The position numbers and the translations under genes are program-made. Of a DNA stretch of 64,000 nt, positions 44,867 through 57,052 are shown in pieces. This stretch comes from an uncultured Gemmatimonadales bacterium (GTDB taxonomy: Bacteria; Gemmatimonadota; Gemmatimonadetes; Gemmatimonadales; GWC2-71-9). The stretch covers positions 1,984,001 through 2,048,000 of the forward strand of contig CAVUAK010000001.1 in NCBI GenBank assembly GCA_963739455.1, written 5' to 3'. The notes under the pieces were generated by a model. It had not been told where the DNA came from. It made no database searches and saw only the letters and a program-made list of their open reading frames with translations. How positions within the stretch are numbered: position 1 is the first letter of the stretch; every line of letters begins with the position of its first letter.

Positions 44867-46111
44867 CTACTCGAAACGCAGGGCCTCGACCGGGTCGAGG
44901 CGCGCCGCGCGGAACGCCGGGTAGAGACCAAAGAGCACCCCGGTAACCACGGAAGCAAGCAGGGAGACCACAACCGACCAGAGTGGAACGCTCGCCGGAA
45001 TGCTTGAAATCGACCGGATCAGGACCGCGATCAGGGAGCCCAGCGCCAGTCCGATGGCCCCACCGACCAGGGTCAGCGTCGCCGCCTCCACCAGGAACTG
45101 GAACATGATTTCCCGCTTGGTGGCGCCCAGCGCCTTGCGCACGCCGATCTCGCGGGTGCGTTCGGTCACCGAGATCATCATGATTGCCACCACGCCCACG
45201 CCGCCCACCATGAGCCCGACGCCCGACAGCGCCACCATGACGGCGAAGAAGCCGGCGGTGATGTTGTTGAACGAATCGAGGATCTTGTCCTGCGACAGCA
45301 CCGCAAAATTGTTCTCCTGCATCGGCTTGAGACCGCGCTTGGCGCGGAGGGCGGAGATTACTTCCTCCTGTGCCTCCTGGCTCGTGGCGCTGGCGGTCGG
45401 GAGCACCGAGAAATCCATCCACCCCTTCCAGTAGTCCGCCACCTTCACGAACGTCGTATGCGGCATTGCCATGCGCACTTCGTCGCCCCCCCCGAAGAGC
45501 GAGGACGCCTCCACGTGCACGCCGACGACGTCGAATGGCTGGCCGAATACCTTGATGCGCTTGCCGATCGGGTTCACGCCACGGGGGAACAGGCTCTCAG
45601 CCAGCTTGTCGTTGATCACGGCCACATGTGCGCCCGCCGCATACTCGGCCGCCGTGAAGTTCCGCCCCTGCACGATCTCGCCACCGGTTACCAATACCCA
45701 GCTGGCTCCCAGCCCGGCGATCTGGACTCCCTTCAGGTCGACGTCCTGATAGCTGACGGGACCATTGCTGTTCTCGCTCACGGCAACGTCCTGGACGGTC
45801 GGCAGCTGGCGCACCAGTTCCGCGTCCTCCACCGTGATCCACGGGTTCTTCCGCCACGGCGACAATTCATCCGACCCGTCGCTGATATTGAGCCCGCCCT
45901 GGAAGAATCGCTGCACGAAGAAGGTCTTCGGGCCGGCCGATTCCAGCATGGTGCTGACGCTGCGGTTGATGCCCGTAATCGCCGATGCCATCGCAATGAC
46001 GACCATGACGCCGATGGCGACCCCAAGAATGGTGAGGCCGGCCCGCACCTTGTTGGAGCGAACGGAATCCAGCGCAATGCCGACCCCCTCGGCCAGACGC
46101 TCGAGCTTCAT
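44867..46111 (-). CDS. MacB-type ABC transporter permease (2nd)
   Basis: [45 protein letters not shown]. Confidence 0.93.
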   Translation of the reverse strand: MKLERLAEGVGIALDSVRSNKVRAGLTILGVAIGVMVVIAMASAITGINRSVSTMLESAGPKTFFVQRFFQGGLNISDGSDELSPWRKNPWITVEDAELVRQLPTVQDVAVSENSNGPVSYQDVDLKGVQIAGLGASWVLVTGGEIVQGRNFTAAEYAAGAHVAVINDKLAESLFPRGVNPIGKRIKVFGQPFDVVGVHVEASSLFGGGDEVRMAMPHTTFVKVADYWKGWMDFSVLPTASATSQEAQEEVISALRAKRGLKPMQENNFAVLSQDKILDSFNNITAGFFAVMVALSGVGLMVGGVGVVAIMMISVTERTREIGVRKALGATKREIMFQFLVEAATLTLVGGAIGLALGSLIAVLIRSISSIPASVPLWSVVVSLLASVVTGVLFGLYPAFRAARLDPVEALRFE

Positions 46112-46118
46112 CGCCGCC

Positions 46119-47359
46119 TCACTCGGCCCGGAGGGCCACGATCGGGTCCAGCTTGGCCGCCCGGTTGGCCGGGTAGATCCCGGCCACCATGCCGACCACC
46201 ACCCCCACGACAACACCGAGCACGATGGACCACGGTGCAACGGCAGCGGGGAGTGGTGTCACCGCACGAACGACGAAGGCGAGGCCGATGCCAAGGGCGA
46301 TGCCCATCGCCGCGCCCACGGTGGACAACGTCGCCGACTCCACGACGAACTGCGCCAGCACATCCCGGCGGCGTGCGCCGAGGGCCTTCCGGATGCCGAT
46401 CTCGCGGGTGCGCTCGGACACGGACATCAGCATGATGTTCATGATGACGATGCCGCCCACGATCAGGGAGATCGATACGAGCAGCGGCAGGGCCGTGATG
46501 AGGATCTTGGAGATCTTGGTCCAGCCCTCCAGCGCGGCCTCGGAGGTCTGCAAGAAGAAATTGTTGTCCTGCCCAGGCTTGAGGTGCCGGCGGGTACGCA
46601 TGGCCGACTCGACCTCGCCCATGGCCAGGCTCATGGTGCCCGGTCCGCTCGCCTGGATGATGAGATGATCCAGCACATTGATCGGGCAGATGAACCGGCG
46701 CGCCGGGGCGGTGAAGGGCATGATGACGAACTTGTCCAGCGACAGCCCGAACAGCGTGCCCTGGCGCTCCACCACGCCGATGACGCGGTAGGGCAGGCCG
46801 AACATCGTCACTTCCTTGCCGATCGGGTCCACGCCCTTGAACAGCTTCTCCGCCAGCTCGCTGCCAATGACCAGGACGGGCAGGCCCAGCTGCATTTCCT
46901 GCGCGGCAAAGGGTCGTCCGGACGTGAGCACGTAGTTCTTGATGTCGAAGTAGGTCGGCTCGGTGCCCACCAGTTCGATGTCCTTGGCGGCGCGCCCGTC
47001 GTAGTTCACCGTTACACGGTCGGAACAGAAGTTCGCGTACACCACCGGCGTCCTGACATGCGCCTTGATATAGGCGGCATCCTCGTAGCTGATGCGCGGC
47101 CGGCGGGACCACTCACGCCACATGTCGTCGGTGACGTTGCCGCTGGTGAAGTTCGGGCGCTGGCGCAGCTGGAAGGTGTTCAGGCCAATGAGGGAATTGG
47201 CAAACTTGTCTTCCATGTAGTTGTTCATGCCCGTGACGATCGACACGACGGCAATGAGGAAGGTGACGCCGATCAGCACGCCGATGAGCGAGAAGAAGCT
47301 CTTGAGCTTCTGCGCGCGGATCGTCTTGAGCGCCAGGCGCACCGCTTCAAGCCATGGCA

Positions 47360-47360
<1 letters not shown>
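46119..47360 (-). CDS. MacB-type ABC transporter permease (1st)
   Basis: [43 protein letters not shown]. Confidence 0.93.
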
Positions 47361-48057
<697 letters not shown>

Positions 48058-48061
<4 letters not shown>

Positions 48062-49405
48062 GAGCGCTTCGCCTCCTTCTTCATGTCCGGCGCCTTCGCC
48101 TCCTTGACCTTCGCTCCGTCCTTCAGGTCGCGGATGGCCTGGTAGGTGCCGGCCACGATCACCTCGTCGGGGCGCAGACCATCGAGCACCTCGAAGAACT
48201 CGTCGCCGGCGATGCCGACCTTGACCGGGCGGAACGTGGCGATGCCGTCGCGCACCACGAACACGCCCTCACGCTCCTTCTTGGGCCCGCTGCCCTTGCG
48301 CGCTGTCGGTGCCGGCGCCCGCCGGGGCAGGGCTCGCCGCGGCGGTCTTCGTCATCCCGCCCTTCTCGGAGTCGGCCTTCCCTTCGTTGGGCACCGATTC
48401 ATGCTCGCGCACGGTCAGGGCGATGATCGGGATCGCCAGCACGTTGCTGCGCGTATCGGTCACGATGCGCGCCGTGCTGCTGAGGTCCGGGCGCACGTCC
48501 CGCGGCGGCGCCGAGAGCGTGATCTCCACGTCGAAGTCGACCGCGCGATCGTTGCTGCCACCCTGGCCCGAGCTCATGCCCGCGACCAGCTTGGCGCTGT
48601 TGCTGATCTTGCTGACACGGCCCACGAAAGTGGTGTCCGCAAAGGCATCGATCGTGACCTGCACGGAGTCGCCCAGGCTGACGCGAACCACGTCCGTCTC
48701 ATCCACCTGCACCTTGGCGATGATCGTCGACATGTCGGCGATCGTCATCAGGAGGGCCGTCTCCTTGGAGAAGGTGCCGGGGACGGCCACTTCGCCCTCT
48801 TCCACGGCGAGCCGCGTGACCCGGCCGGAGATCGGTGCGAAGAGGCGGGTGCGCGCCAGGTTGTCCTGCGCCTCCTTGAGGCCGGCGCGTGCCTGGGCCA
48901 CCTGGGCCTGGTTCGTCTCATAGATCGCGACGCCGACATCGTAGGCCTGCTGCGCCTGCTCGACCGACTCGGTGGAGATCAGGTTCGGGTTCGTCTTCTG
49001 GAGTTCACGAGTGCGGTCGAGCTGCCGAAGCGCCTGGTCGCGGTTGGCCTGCGACTGGATCAGCGACGCCTGACTCGATGCGAGCAGCGCCTGTCCGCGG
49101 TTGACGGCGCCCTCGAACTGCGCCGGGTCGATCTGGATGAGGAACTGGCCCTTGGTGACCAGGTCGCCTTCCTTGACCGCGATCTTGAGGATGCGACCGG
49201 TGACGTCGGCGCTGACGTCCACCTTCGTCTCGGCCTCGATCTTGCCGCTGGCCGTGACGGCGGCGACCAGGTCCTTGCGGCCCACTGGCTCCATCCGCAC
49301 TTCGGTCGCCTTGTTCTTCTCCTGCTGCTTCTTGAAGAAGACGCCACCCGCGCCGAGCGCGGCCAGGACCGCCACCGCGATGCCGAACTTCATGCCACGT
49401 GACAT
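48058..49405 (-). CDS. Efflux periplasmic adaptor subunit (MacA-like; indel near 48290)
   Basis: [34 protein letters not shown]; tail VFVV..VKVGI..GL in ORF 48058-48264. Confidence 0.92.
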
Positions 49406-49407
49406 GC

Positions 49408-50762
49408 TCAATTCCTTGCGTTGGTGTAGTCCCGGCCGATCGCCGCATACAGCGCGACGAGTGCCCGGTGATTGTCGTAGATCGCGTTGATGTAGGCGGC
49501 GTCGGCTCGCGTGACCGCGTTGAGCGCGTCCGAGAGCTCGAGCACGGTGCCGCTGCCGAGCCGATAGCGCTCGTTCGCCAGGTTGAGCTGCTCCGCCGCG
49601 GCGGTGCGACTCCGGTTCTGGACTTCCATGGTCTTGTAGGTCGTTTCCACCGCGAGCAGGCGGCTGGTCACGTCCGCGCGGATCTGCAGGTCGATGGCCC
49701 GCAGCCGCTCGGTGGCGTCCAGCTGGTCTGCCCGCGCCCGCTGCACCGATGCCTGACGACTGAAGCCCTGAAAAATCGGGAGCGAGAGGCCGACGCGCGC
49801 CTGCAGCGGATTTCCGGTGAAGTCGAACGGGAACGTATTGACCGTGTCGGTGGAGAACTGGTTCGTAAACCAGACCTTGCCGAGGGAGCCGGACAGTGTC
49901 GGAAAGAAGGCTGACTTTGCCGACTTGAGGGCTGCCTCGGAGGCGGCCAGGCGGGCCTCCAACGCCTTGATGCGCGGCTGATTGTCGCGCGCCTCGGCCA
50001 ACAGCGTCTGGAGGTCGAAGTTCGGCGTCTGGCACCGGGAACGAGTCGCTCAGGGCCACTTCCTGCACCGGCGCCGGCGGCTCGACGCCCATGCGGCGGT
50101 AGAGCTCGATCTTGGCGTCCGTCTCGGCCTGCAGCAGACCGGAGCAGGTCGACCTCCGACCCGTTGAAGGTCACTTCGGCCTGCCGCACATCGTACATCG
50201 ACGCCTGTCCCACCTTGTTCCGCGCGGTCGTAAGCACGAGGAACGCACTGTTGCGCCGCAACTGCTGCCGGGCCACCTCGCTGGTCGCCGCCGCCTGCAG
50301 GCCGTTCAGGTACTGGGTCACGACGTCGGCGTCCACCGCGATGAGCGACGATGCGATATCAGCCTGTGTGGCACGCTCGTTCGCGCTGGCCTGGCCGACT
50401 CCAAAAAATGTCGCGCCGCTCAGGTTATAGGTCGCTTCGACCGCAACGTTGGACCCGATGGACGACGGTTGCTGCAGCTGACCAGGGCCGATGACCTGCT
50501 GGCCGGCACCCGTGTAGCCAATCCCGGCGCTGGCGCCGAGGAACGGCACGAACGCTCCCTTGGCCGCCTTGACGTTTGCCTTGGCCGGCTTCAGCTGGTT
50601 CTGGGCTATCCGGTAGTCCGGATTGTTGTGCCGCGCCTGGGCCACCGCGTCGCGCAGCGCGAGCGTCGTGGTGGTCTTCGGCTTGGCGATCATCGTCGTA
50701 TCCTGCGCCGCCAACGGCGAGGCGGCGAGGGCAGCCATGGCAATTAGATGCCACCGGGACAT
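49408..50762 (-). CDS. TolC family outer-membrane efflux protein (indels near 50035 and 50145)
   Basis: Signal peptide, LRDAVAQA..NNPDY, AKSAFFPTLS, LSLPIFQG, ANERYRLG..LELSDA. Confidence 0.88.
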
Positions 50763-50865
50763 GTCTGTTCCTTCCGTTCGATTGCTTCGAAGTGCTGCAG
50801 ATGGGGCCACTTACGGCGGCACCATCAAGTTGGTTTCAATGTGAGACGACCGCGAGAAACGAAAA

Positions 50866-50897
50866 GTCCGTACATCCGGGTTACCGGATGTACGGAC
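50866..50897 (-). terminator. Rho-independent terminator
   Basis: Perfect 14-bp stem GTCCGTACATCCGG / CCGGATGTACGGAC with 4-nt loop, followed on the minus strand by TTTTCGTTTC. Confidence 0.8.
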
Positions 50898-50925
50898 AAC
50901 AACTTAGGAGGTTTCGCCGGAAAGG

Positions 50926-51579
50926 CTACGAAGGCAGCCTTGTCACGATCATCCCGGACTGGGGAAGGTCCATCCGGTCGACCCGCCCCTGCGCGTCCAG
51001 CTGCATGCGACCGTTGAGGTCGCCGGTGAGTTCGACGACCGCACCGCGCGTGCCTCCCTCGACGCGGCGCACCGTGATGTTCGAGCGCTTGCCGGTGCGC
51101 GGATAGACCGCAGTGACGCGGGTGCCGCCTGGCGTCGCGAGGTCGGCGATCAGCAGCAGCAGCGCCTGCAGTTGCTCGTCGAGCAGGATCACGCCAGGCC
51201 CGCCGGGGATCTCCTTGCCGCCGCGCGAGCCCTGGTCGCTGCTCACCGTGATGAAGATCCGGTTACCGCGCTGCGCGGCGCGAATCGTCTCGATGGCGCT
51301 TCCGCGGCGCACTTCCAGCTGCAGCTGGTCCAGCGTGCCGTCACTGCCACGCACGAGCGACCCGCGGAGGTTCTCCTGGGTCGCCGGAAACTTGCCCTCA
51401 AAGTCGAGCCGCATGCCGGTGGCGCCCGCGCTCGTGCTGTTGCGCAGCACGACGTGCTCGGTGCCTATGTCCTTGCCGTGCTGCTGCACGGAGTAGGTGG
51501 CGTCAAAGACGACCTGCGCCGCGAGCGAGGACGGTATGCTAAGTGCTGCGGCTGCAAGCAGGTGGCGCATGTTCATCAA
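50926..51579 (-). CDS. Hypothetical exported beta-rich protein
   Basis: Signal peptide MRHLLAAAALSIPSSLAA; IGTEHV; LDAQGRVDRMDLP; start uncertain. Confidence 0.7.
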   Translation of the reverse strand: MMNMRHLLAAAALSIPSSLAAQVVFDATYSVQQHGKDIGTEHVVLRNSTSAGATGMRLDFEGKFPATQENLRGSLVRGSDGTLDQLQLEVRRGSAIETIRAAQRGNRIFITVSSDQGSRGGKEIPGGPGVILLDEQLQALLLLIADLATPGGTRVTAVYPRTGKRSNITVRRVEGGTRGAVVELTGDLNGRMQLDAQGRVDRMDLPQSGMIVTRLPS

Positions 51580-52256
51580 ACCTCCGTATGAGCCGCGTCC
51601 ACGAGGAGCAGAATCTGTTCCAGAACGGCGTCATACAGTTCGCCGGCGCGTTCAGCGGTCGCGGCGCGGGCACCGCGAAGAAATGCGTCGGTACTGGCCC
51701 CCGGAGCGGACGACGATGGATCGCCGTTCACGAGGTCGGGCGCAATGTGCAGCAGCAGGGAGGTGGCGAGTTCGCCGGTGTGCTCCGAAGTGCTCGATGA
51801 GCTGAGGCGTGATCCGAGGTCGAAACCGAGCACGTCGATGGTGGTCAGCTGGGCGCTCTCGGTGCGCACAGTGCTGAGGGCCTCGAACTGGGCATCGTTG
51901 CCGACCGCGGTGAGCACGATGAAGCGGCGTATCCCTGCACCGTCCTCCCACGAGTCGATAAGTTCGTTCATGACCCGGTGGAGCGTCTTGCGCCGGAGCC
52001 CGACACCGCCGTTGTGCGAGCACTGGACCGGATAGACGCTGTACTCGAGCACCGGCGCGCACGCCAGCCGCCGAGCCGCGCAAAGATCATCGGCAAGGCG
52101 CTCGACAATGATGGAGTCGGAGCCAAGTGGGAGGTGTGACGCCGTGGCGGCGATGCCGCCGACGGGCACCACGATCGTTGGCTGCTCACGCAGCATCGCG
52201 CGCGCCTTGTCGGGCGTGAGGTCCTTCAACCGCCAGGGTCGTCCTTGATCGGTCAT
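51576..52256 (-). CDS. Creatininase family homologue with degenerate metal-binding motifs
   Basis: VVPVGG....HLPLGSD, APVLEY, H.GEL.TSLLLHIAPDLV, ATAERAGELY. Confidence 0.8.
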   Translation of the reverse strand: MTDQGRPWRLKDLTPDKARAMLREQPTIVVPVGGIAATASHLPLGSDSIIVERLADDLCAARRLACAPVLEYSVYPVQCSHNGGVGLRRKTLHRVMNELIDSWEDGAGIRRFIVLTAVGNDAQFEALSTVRTESAQLTTIDVLGFDLGSRLSSSSTSEHTGELATSLLLHIAPDLVNGDPSSSAPGASTDAFLRGARAATAERAGELYDAVLEQILLLVDAAHTEV

Positions 52257-55200
52257 CCAGTTCGCTGGTGGAGGTTTGCCCTCGGCGCCACGGTGCTGTG
52301 TGGCACCGAGTGGCTTCATGCCTTCGAGCGGCCCTGGGCCTGGGCCGCAGCCATCGCTGCGCTCGGCACGATGGTCCTGCTGCTTCCCGCTGGCAAGCTG
52401 GCCGCGCCGGGCGCTGATGGTCTCGCTGGCGCTCGTCACCCTCGTCATTCCACTGACACAACGCAGCCTCGACCGCATCGACCTGGGCTGGGAGGGTGAC
52501 CGTGGCGAGCGCGAGGCGCTGGTGAAGGCAGCCGGTGACCGCCTCGGCGGTGACCTCCGCTCCGCCCTGCAGCTGACCCAGCGCCTGGCCGACCTCGGCG
52601 CCGCCGCCGCCGAACGTGATCGCGATGCGGCCTTCCGGATCCTCGCGCGGGCGACAGCCTCAGAGCAACTCGAGTCCGGGATCGCGATCCTCGAGGCCGA
52701 CGGCACCCCGTGGGCCTGGGCAGGCAGTCACCGGCTTCCGCCACGCGCGGCCGGCGACTCGATCGCGTCAGCGAGCAGCCAATACTACGTGACGCTCGAG
52801 AGTCGCCGCCACTCCGGCCGCGACAGGGTCACGGTGGCCAACGTGCTCGTGTGGGCGCATCCGGCGGTGCCGGACCGCGCCGGAAGCCTGGCCGAGCGGT
52901 TCCGCGCCAGCACTGATGTGGCACTCGCCGTCTACCCGACCGACAGCGCGCCGGACAACACTGATGTGTTCGACTATTGCGAGCCAACCACGGCCGGCCG
53001 CCGGTGCCTCTTCAGCGCGCAGCCGCTTGCCACCGGTGCAGGCAGACGCCCGCGCACTCGAGGTGTCGCGAGGGGGCCGGGTGGCGGCGATCGGACTGCT
53101 GCTCGTGCTGGCACTTGGCCTGGTTGTCGAGGTCGGCTCCGCCGGCCGCTGGATGCTGGCGGTGCTCACGGCATGGCTCCTGGTTCGCGCGCCGGTGGGT
53201 TCGCTGCTTGGTGCCGGTGACCTCTTTTCGCCGGCGTCGTACCGGTTCAATCCCCTTGTCCCGCTCACCAACTCGGCAGGCACACTCGGGCTCGTGGGCG
53301 CGCTGTTCACCATGGGTGCGGTATGGCTGTGGCGTCGCCGCCTCCCGCGCCGATGGTGGAGCATGCTCATCGGCGCTCGGGCTGTTCCTCGGCATTCCGT
53401 TTGGCGTGAGCGCACTGAGCCGCGGCATCACGCCGCCGCCGGATGGGACGCCACTCGACCTGTGGCTCACCTGGCAGCTGGCCCTCTTCCTCGCGATCAC
53501 CGGACCGATGGTACTCGCCTCGGCGCTCCTCCGTGGCGATGCGGAGCCGCGCCGCGCCGGCTGGTGGTCATGGCTCGGCGTGGCCGCGGCGATTTCCGCC
53601 GCCGTCGCCGGCCTGTACCTCTGGCAGCCGTCGTCGGAATGGCCCTGGTGGTTCCCACTGCTGTGGACGCCGGTGCTGCTGGTCGCGAGCGTGCCCCTGC
53701 CGTCCGGCCAGGCGGTCGTCAGCATGGCGCTGGCGGCGGGGAGCCTCTCGTCGCTGTTCACGTGGCAGGCGGATCACCTGGGTCGCATGCAGCAGGCGGA
53801 GCGCGAGGTCTCGCGACTGGGGACCGAGGAGGATCCGGTCGCGCCGGCACTGCTACAGCTCTTCGCCAAGGCCGCACGAGAAGCGCCGCCGCCGGCAACG
53901 GCCACCGAGCTGTATGCGCTGTGGCGCACGTCGGTGCTTGCCGACCAGGGATATCCTGCGCGGCTCGCGCTCTGGACGCAGGATGCTGGCTGGGGCGCGG
54001 AGCTGGCGCTCGACTCGCTCGAGGTGGGACGACCGACGCTTGATTCGCTGCTGGCTGCGATACCGCGACCCGACTCGGTCGTCCGGATGGTGGCGCCTCC
54101 GGGGATGCACTACCTGCTCGCGACCACGCTCTCGAATGGAGCGGTGCTCGTCACCGTCATCGGCCCCGAGACGCAGCTCATCGTGCCCAGCCGTCTCGGG
54201 CGCCTGCTCGAGCCGACGGTGCACCGACCACCTTCCTACGTGCTCGCGCTGTCGCCGCCGATGGCGCAGTCCATCCCCACGGATGCACTGCGCTGGGAAC
54301 GCGAGGGATGGGTCCTGCGCGCCTCCCGCACGCTCGCGGTGGCCGATACGCGCCGCGAGGTATACGTGCAGATGGCGCTTCGCGGGCCGGTGCCGCTGCT
54401 GGTGCGCGGCGCCCTGCTGCTGCTGGTCAACATCGTGGTGCTGGTGCTGATCTGGTTGATGGCCGACTACTGCAGCGCGGCGACCAGTCCAGCGTTGGAT
54501 CGTGGCGCGCGGCGGCGCGCTCCTTCCGGGTGCGCCTCGCCGTGACGCTGGCGCTCTTCTTCCTGGTGCCGGCGGTCGGCTTCTCGGTGTGGGGTATCCG
54601 GCACTTCGCGCTGGATACGGCGCGCGTCACCGACGCGCTCATCAGCGGGACGCTGCGCGATGCGCTCCGCAGTTCCGGGGTGCTGGCCACGCGCGACTCG
54701 GCGTATGGCGCGCACCAGCTCGAGGCGCTCGGCCAGCGCATGGACGCCGACTTCGGGCTCTATGGCGGCGGGCGCCTCACCTCGACGAGCGCGCGGATCC
54801 TGCAGGACCTCGGCGTGCTGGGCGAGCTGATGAATCCGGACGCCTTCCGGCAACTGGCCTTCGGCGGCCAGCTCGAGGTGACCCGGATTGGTCCGCTCCC
54901 GACGCTTTCCGAGCGAGTGGGCTATCGGCTGCTGCTGCCGGGATCGCCGTCGCATCTCGGTGTGCTGGCCACGCCGCGCCGGCTGGGCGAACTCTCCACC
55001 GACTCGCAGTGGGACATCGCGCTGGGCGTGCTGCTGGTGCTGCTGCTCGGGCTCGCGGCGGCACTGCAGGGCGCGCAGTCTGCCGCGCGCGCACTCTCGC
55101 GTCCGGTGGCCGACCTGCGCCGCGCCGCGCTCGCACTTGGGGAAGGGAAGCCGGCGCCACCCCAGGAACGCAGTCCGCCGAGCGAGTTCGAGCCGGTCTT

Positions 55201-56244
55201 CGGCGCCTTCAACCGGATGGCGGCCGACGTGCGCGCGAGCCGCGAGGCGCTGGAGGCGGCGCGGCGGCGCACCGAGACGGTGCTGGCCACCGTGGCCACC
55301 GGGGTGATCGCCGTTGATGCCGGGGGACGGGTGCTGCTGGCAAACCGCCAGGCTGAGCAGCTTCTCGGCGTACCGCTGGCGGAGGGCGTGCGGCTGCGTG
55401 GCTACGTGAGCGAGGAGTGGATGCCGCTCGTGTCGGGGGTCGAGGAGGTGCTGGCGGGTCGGGAATCGGCGGAGGGACCGACGGAGCACGCCGTTGGCGG
55501 GTCGCCGCGTGAGCGCGCAGCACGCGCGGCTGGCCGGTCCACTCGGCGGCGTGGTGGTGGCGCTGACTGACGTCACCGACATGTCGTACGCCGCGCGCGT
55601 GCTCGCCTGGGGCGAAATGGCGCGGCAGGTGGCGCACGAGATCAAGAACCCGCTCACGCCGATGCGGCTTGGCATGCAGCACCTGCAGCGTGCCTGGCAG
55701 GACCGGCGCGGCGACTACGATCGCATCCTCACGGAAACGTCCGACCGCATGCTGGGGGAGATCGACCGGCTCGATCGCATCGCGCGGGCCTTCAGCCGCT
55801 TCGCCGCACCGAGGCGGTGCCGACGATCCGGTGGAGGCGATCGACATGGTCGCGGTGGCCCGCGAGGTGGTGCAGCTCTACGCCCTGTCGGATGCGGGGG
55901 CGCGGGTGGAGCTGAGCGCCCCGGCGGCGCTCGCCGGACGGGCGCGGCCGGACGAACTCAAGGAAGTGCTGGTGAACCTGCTGGAGAACGCGCGCAATGC
56001 CGGCGCGGCGAAGGTGCAGGTGTCGATCGAGGCGGGGCGTATCACGGTGACGGATGACGGATCCGGCATCCCCGCCGACGCGTTGCCGCGGGTGTTCGAG
56101 CCGCACTTTTCCACCAACACCAGCGGGTCCGGCCTCGGGTTGTCGATCGTGAAACGGCTGGTGGAAAGTTGGGGTGGTGCGGTCGCGATCAGCAGCGTGG
56201 TGAGGCGGGGCACGACCGTCACGATCCGGTACCTCCCCGCCTGA
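52245..56244 (+). CDS. Large multi-TM sensor histidine kinase (HAMP-PAS-HisKA-HATPase, NtrY-like; several indels)
   Basis: AFNRMAAD (HAMP), GVIAVD..ANRQAE (PAS), WGEMARQVAHEIKNPLTP, NLLENA, DDGSGI, FST..GSGLGL; start uncertain. Confidence 0.88.
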
Positions 56245-56327
56245 TCGCGCCAGGCGGATCGTGGCGTTTGGTACCGACGGGAGTGCTTGCGGTGTGGCGG
56301 CGCGAGGGGCGACCGCTACACTGGCAG

Positions 56328-57008
56328 ATGCTTGCCCGCGTCTGCTCCGCCGCCGTGCTCGGCATCGACGCCTACCTGGTAGACGTCGAGATCGACATCA
56401 GTAGCGGGATGCCCACCTTCAATACGGTGGGACTGCCCCAGGGAGCGGTCAAGGAAGGCAAGGAGCGGGTCGCGGCGGCGCTGGCCAACGCGGGATACGC
56501 CCTCCCGCTCCGGCGCATCACGGTCAACCTGGCCCCGGCCGACGTGCCGAAGCAGGGATCCGCGTTCGACCTGCCGATCGCGCTGGGCGTACTGATCGCC
56601 AGCGAGCAGGTGCCTGCGTCGCTCTCGGATGCCCATGGCCGACGGACCGTCGTAGCGGGCGAACTGGGCCTCGAGGGCGACCTTCGTCCGGTTCGCGGGG
56701 CGTTGCCCATCGCCCTCGCTGCGCGTGCCGCGGGCGCTGCGGCACTCATCGTCCCACTGGCCAACGTGCCCGAGGCGGCTGTGGTCGCCGGGATCTCGGT
56801 CCTTGGCGCTGGCTCGCTCGCCGAGGTCTGCAGGCACCTCACCGGTGAGTCTCTCCTCTCAGCGGCCGCGGTGGATCCGGCGCGATACCTCGCGGCGGCC
56901 ATTCGCGATGACGCTGACTTTGCGGACGTGCGTGGGCAGGCGGGGGCAAAGCGAGCACTGGAGGTGGCGGCCGCCGGCGCACACAACATCCTAATATTTT
57001 CACCTTGA
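56328..57008 (+). pseudogene. comM: 5' half of comM/yifB Mg-chelatase-like AAA ATPase, interrupted by an integrated element
   Basis: VGLP..VKE..RV, ITVNLAPAD..K.GSAFDLPIA, GELGLEG, DVRGQAGAKRALEVAAAGAHNIL then IFSP* instead of the Walker A GPPG.GK. Confidence 0.9.
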
Positions 57009-57052
57009 GGACCTAAGGACCGCTGGGTAGGTTCAACTCAAGGAGACAGCCA

